Translations under genes and position numbers: made by a program
NCBI GenBank assembly: GCA_965655095.1
Contig: OZ296659.1
Span: forward strand, 35,092,001-35,156,000
Reading direction: 5' to 3'
DNA: 64,000 nucleotides
From: Haplodiscus bocki
Lineage: Eukaryota
Notes under the pieces: model-generated
What the model saw: only the letters and a program-made list of their open reading frames with translations
Told to the model about the DNA's origin: nothing
The model's database searches: none
Part shown: positions 62,280 through 64,000 of the stretch, in pieces
Position numbering within the stretch: the stretch's first letter is position 1
Layout of the letters: the number at the start of each line of letters is the position of its first letter

Positions 62280-62442
62280 CGGTGACCGATTAATTCCCAG
62301 TGTCGATTACTAGCTCCCGTGGCGCCGCGGATACGACCGCCGGCCGCATTTACTTTTTCACTCCGTCCGCGCAGGTTCGAATCCCCGTAGGACACCTCGT
62401 CTTCCCCCCGCCCCCCCACACTTATGCTCACACTATACTACT
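62280..62442 (-). repeat. Maverick right terminal inverted repeat
   Basis: ...CACTTATGCTCACACTATACTACT ending at 62442; mirrors the left TIR. Confidence 0.93.
62313..62395 (+). promoter_or_regulatory. tRNA-like Pol III type-2 promoter module in the right TIR
   Basis: A-box-like TGGCGCCGCGG (62320-62330) and perfect B-box GGTTCGAATCC (62374-62384) preceded by tRNA-Ser-like CCGCGCA. Confidence 0.55.
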
Positions 62443-63514
62443 GATACTCATTGCACTCCCAGGCCAAGAACACACAACCATTAACCAAAAAAATAAAACT
62501 GAAAGTTCATGCGTACATCCAAAGTCCCTTTTCTTTGTCAGTTTTGCTAGAGAATGGATTGAAAACCTTTCAGACGTACAGCTTGAAATAACGCCGGCCT
62601 TGAGAAAAGTGTCAGCCAAGAGTGACGTTTTCGACTAGCCCGGAAAAAAATAGTTGTTAGAATTTTTTAAAGTCAACATTCACACTAATTGTATCATCAG
62701 TACCCAATGCTCAAAACAGGCTACTCTTCATTCCGTGCAATCATTGTCAGGTAGCTCAGTTTCGGATTCCTGTAAATAATCAAGTCCAAAACACCCCTTT
62801 CATGAGCGTAAACAACTCGGAAATCTTGTTACATAAAAACTTGAAGGCTTACATTACAACCACCATTCTAGTGAAATGAAGGACTCCTCGAAGTACAGCT
62901 CATCAGCATATAAGAGATGGTTTCAGTCGAAAAATGAATTCTATGTGCGGTATTTGGCATGGCACATGTAGCATTTTATAAAGTCCTCCACTTTTTTATT
63001 GTTCAACCTACATGATTGATGCTACCAAAAGCCTACCGATATGACACAGGCCCCATAGACAGGAAATAAAATAGACTGGTTTATAGAATTTGTATTAGAT
63101 TGCCGCTTTCCATCAACGTATTTTAAGGCGAATAGCCGCCACCCAACTTCGTCTCCTGACTTTAACGTGAACAAGACTTCGGTGAGAATGATGATTGATC
63201 AATCCCGCCACTTCAAACTTACGATTGAATACTCAAACTTCGAAACAACTGACTATCAATATAGAGCCAAGACTGTAGTGAGTCATTGCGGCTTCTGATT
63301 TCCAGAGTTTGTAAGAACATTCATTTAAACACAGAAATTTAAAAATGGTTTCGGTACTTCAGTTCCTCCGGTAAAAATTCGAAGTATCACAAGTCGCATC
63401 ACGGTGTCTCGCTATTTTATTATTCGCGTGAGACCAGACAGTAGGGTCGTTTTTCTTTTTTTCAGTGTCTTCTGCCAAGTTATATGTTATAAGGAAAGCA
63501 AGGAAGAAGAACCT

Positions 63515-63580
63515 ACGAAGTGACGCTAGGATAAATATATCTCAAGCAGTAAATCCGGGTTCGAATCCGTGATTTGCCAT
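63515..63580 (+). other. B-box-containing (tRNA/SINE-like) fragment
   Basis: GGTTCGAATCC at 63558-63568; no convincing cloverleaf. Confidence 0.3.
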
Positions 63581-64000
63581 ATGTCCACATATTTTTGGGT
63601 TTTCGCTGATAACTGAAATATGTCGGCATCCAGTTGAGACTGTGGGTACGACACCAGGGTTCTGAAGCTCTCGGAACGGGTCCGAAGCATAGCATTTACA
63701 CATTTCTTCTTCAATTACAATTTTGAGGAGTGTTTTTACCCCAACTCCCATCAAAATTATCATTTTCGGTCAATTTTTCAAATTAGTGTCGAAAAAAAAC
63801 TTTTCTCAAGACAATATTCCATTCAGTAGGGCAATTTCTTATCAAAATCTACGAAAGTAACGCAGACCTCGAGTTGCATATTTGGGAGCCTCTTGTATAG
63901 AACATACACCTCCTAGTGTTAGGCCCAGAATAGAGCGATAAAAAACTTTCAAAAGATGGTTGCATGTTTCCAGAAAGTTATATGCAATTTCCAATACCTT

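Larger units (their letters stand above)
49613..62442 (-). mobile_element. Maverick/Polinton (polintovirus/adintovirus-like), ~12.8 kb, both TIRs present, genes decayed, polB truncated
   Basis: AGTAGT...ACTACT termini; ~130-160-bp TIRs; ATPase, integrase, penton, core, MCP, protease and pPolB N-terminus, all on the minus strand. Confidence 0.93.

Noticed and set aside
62313-62395. Functional tRNA gene in the TIR
   Set aside because: Acceptor and T stems do not pair fully, no proper anticodon arm, internal T-run; kept only as a tRNA-like module
49607-62448. Perfect 6-bp target-site duplication
   Set aside because: Flanks TACACT vs GATACT match only 4/6; suggestive but not demonstrable
62300-62638. 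112-aa ORF spanning the right TIR
   Set aside because: Crosses the element boundary, GTG start, driven by the GC-rich TIR
62450-64000. Possible host gene right of the Maverick
   Set aside because: No recognisable protein motif or consistent exon chain

Overview
AT-rich, repeat-dense eukaryotic (metazoan, probably invertebrate) genomic DNA. One host gene can be rebuilt by hand: a 13-exon unkempt orthologue on the minus strand (CDS 48510->25234, 3111 nt, 1036 aa, six CCCH fingers plus a C-terminal RING, all intron phases consistent). About 1.1 kb upstream of its ATG lies a ~12.8-kb Maverick/Polinton (49613-62442) with AGTAGT-terminated inverted repeats. It carries decayed genes for the packaging ATPase, integrase, minor and major capsid proteins, core protein, adenain-like protease and a truncated protein-primed PolB. 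The first ~14 kb is a second, much older Polinton-like relic of a different family (integrase, pPolB, penton-like, probable MCP), whose polB is split by a CR1/L2-type LINE. The rest is Gypsy-like LTR debris, satellites and tRNA-derived fragments. The two most unusual signals are (i) a tRNA-like Pol III A-box/B-box module inside both Maverick TIRs, pointing outward, and (ii) GTTAG rather than GTRAG at 9 of the 12 unkempt splice donors. Family assignments come from motif recognition by eye; no database searches were run.
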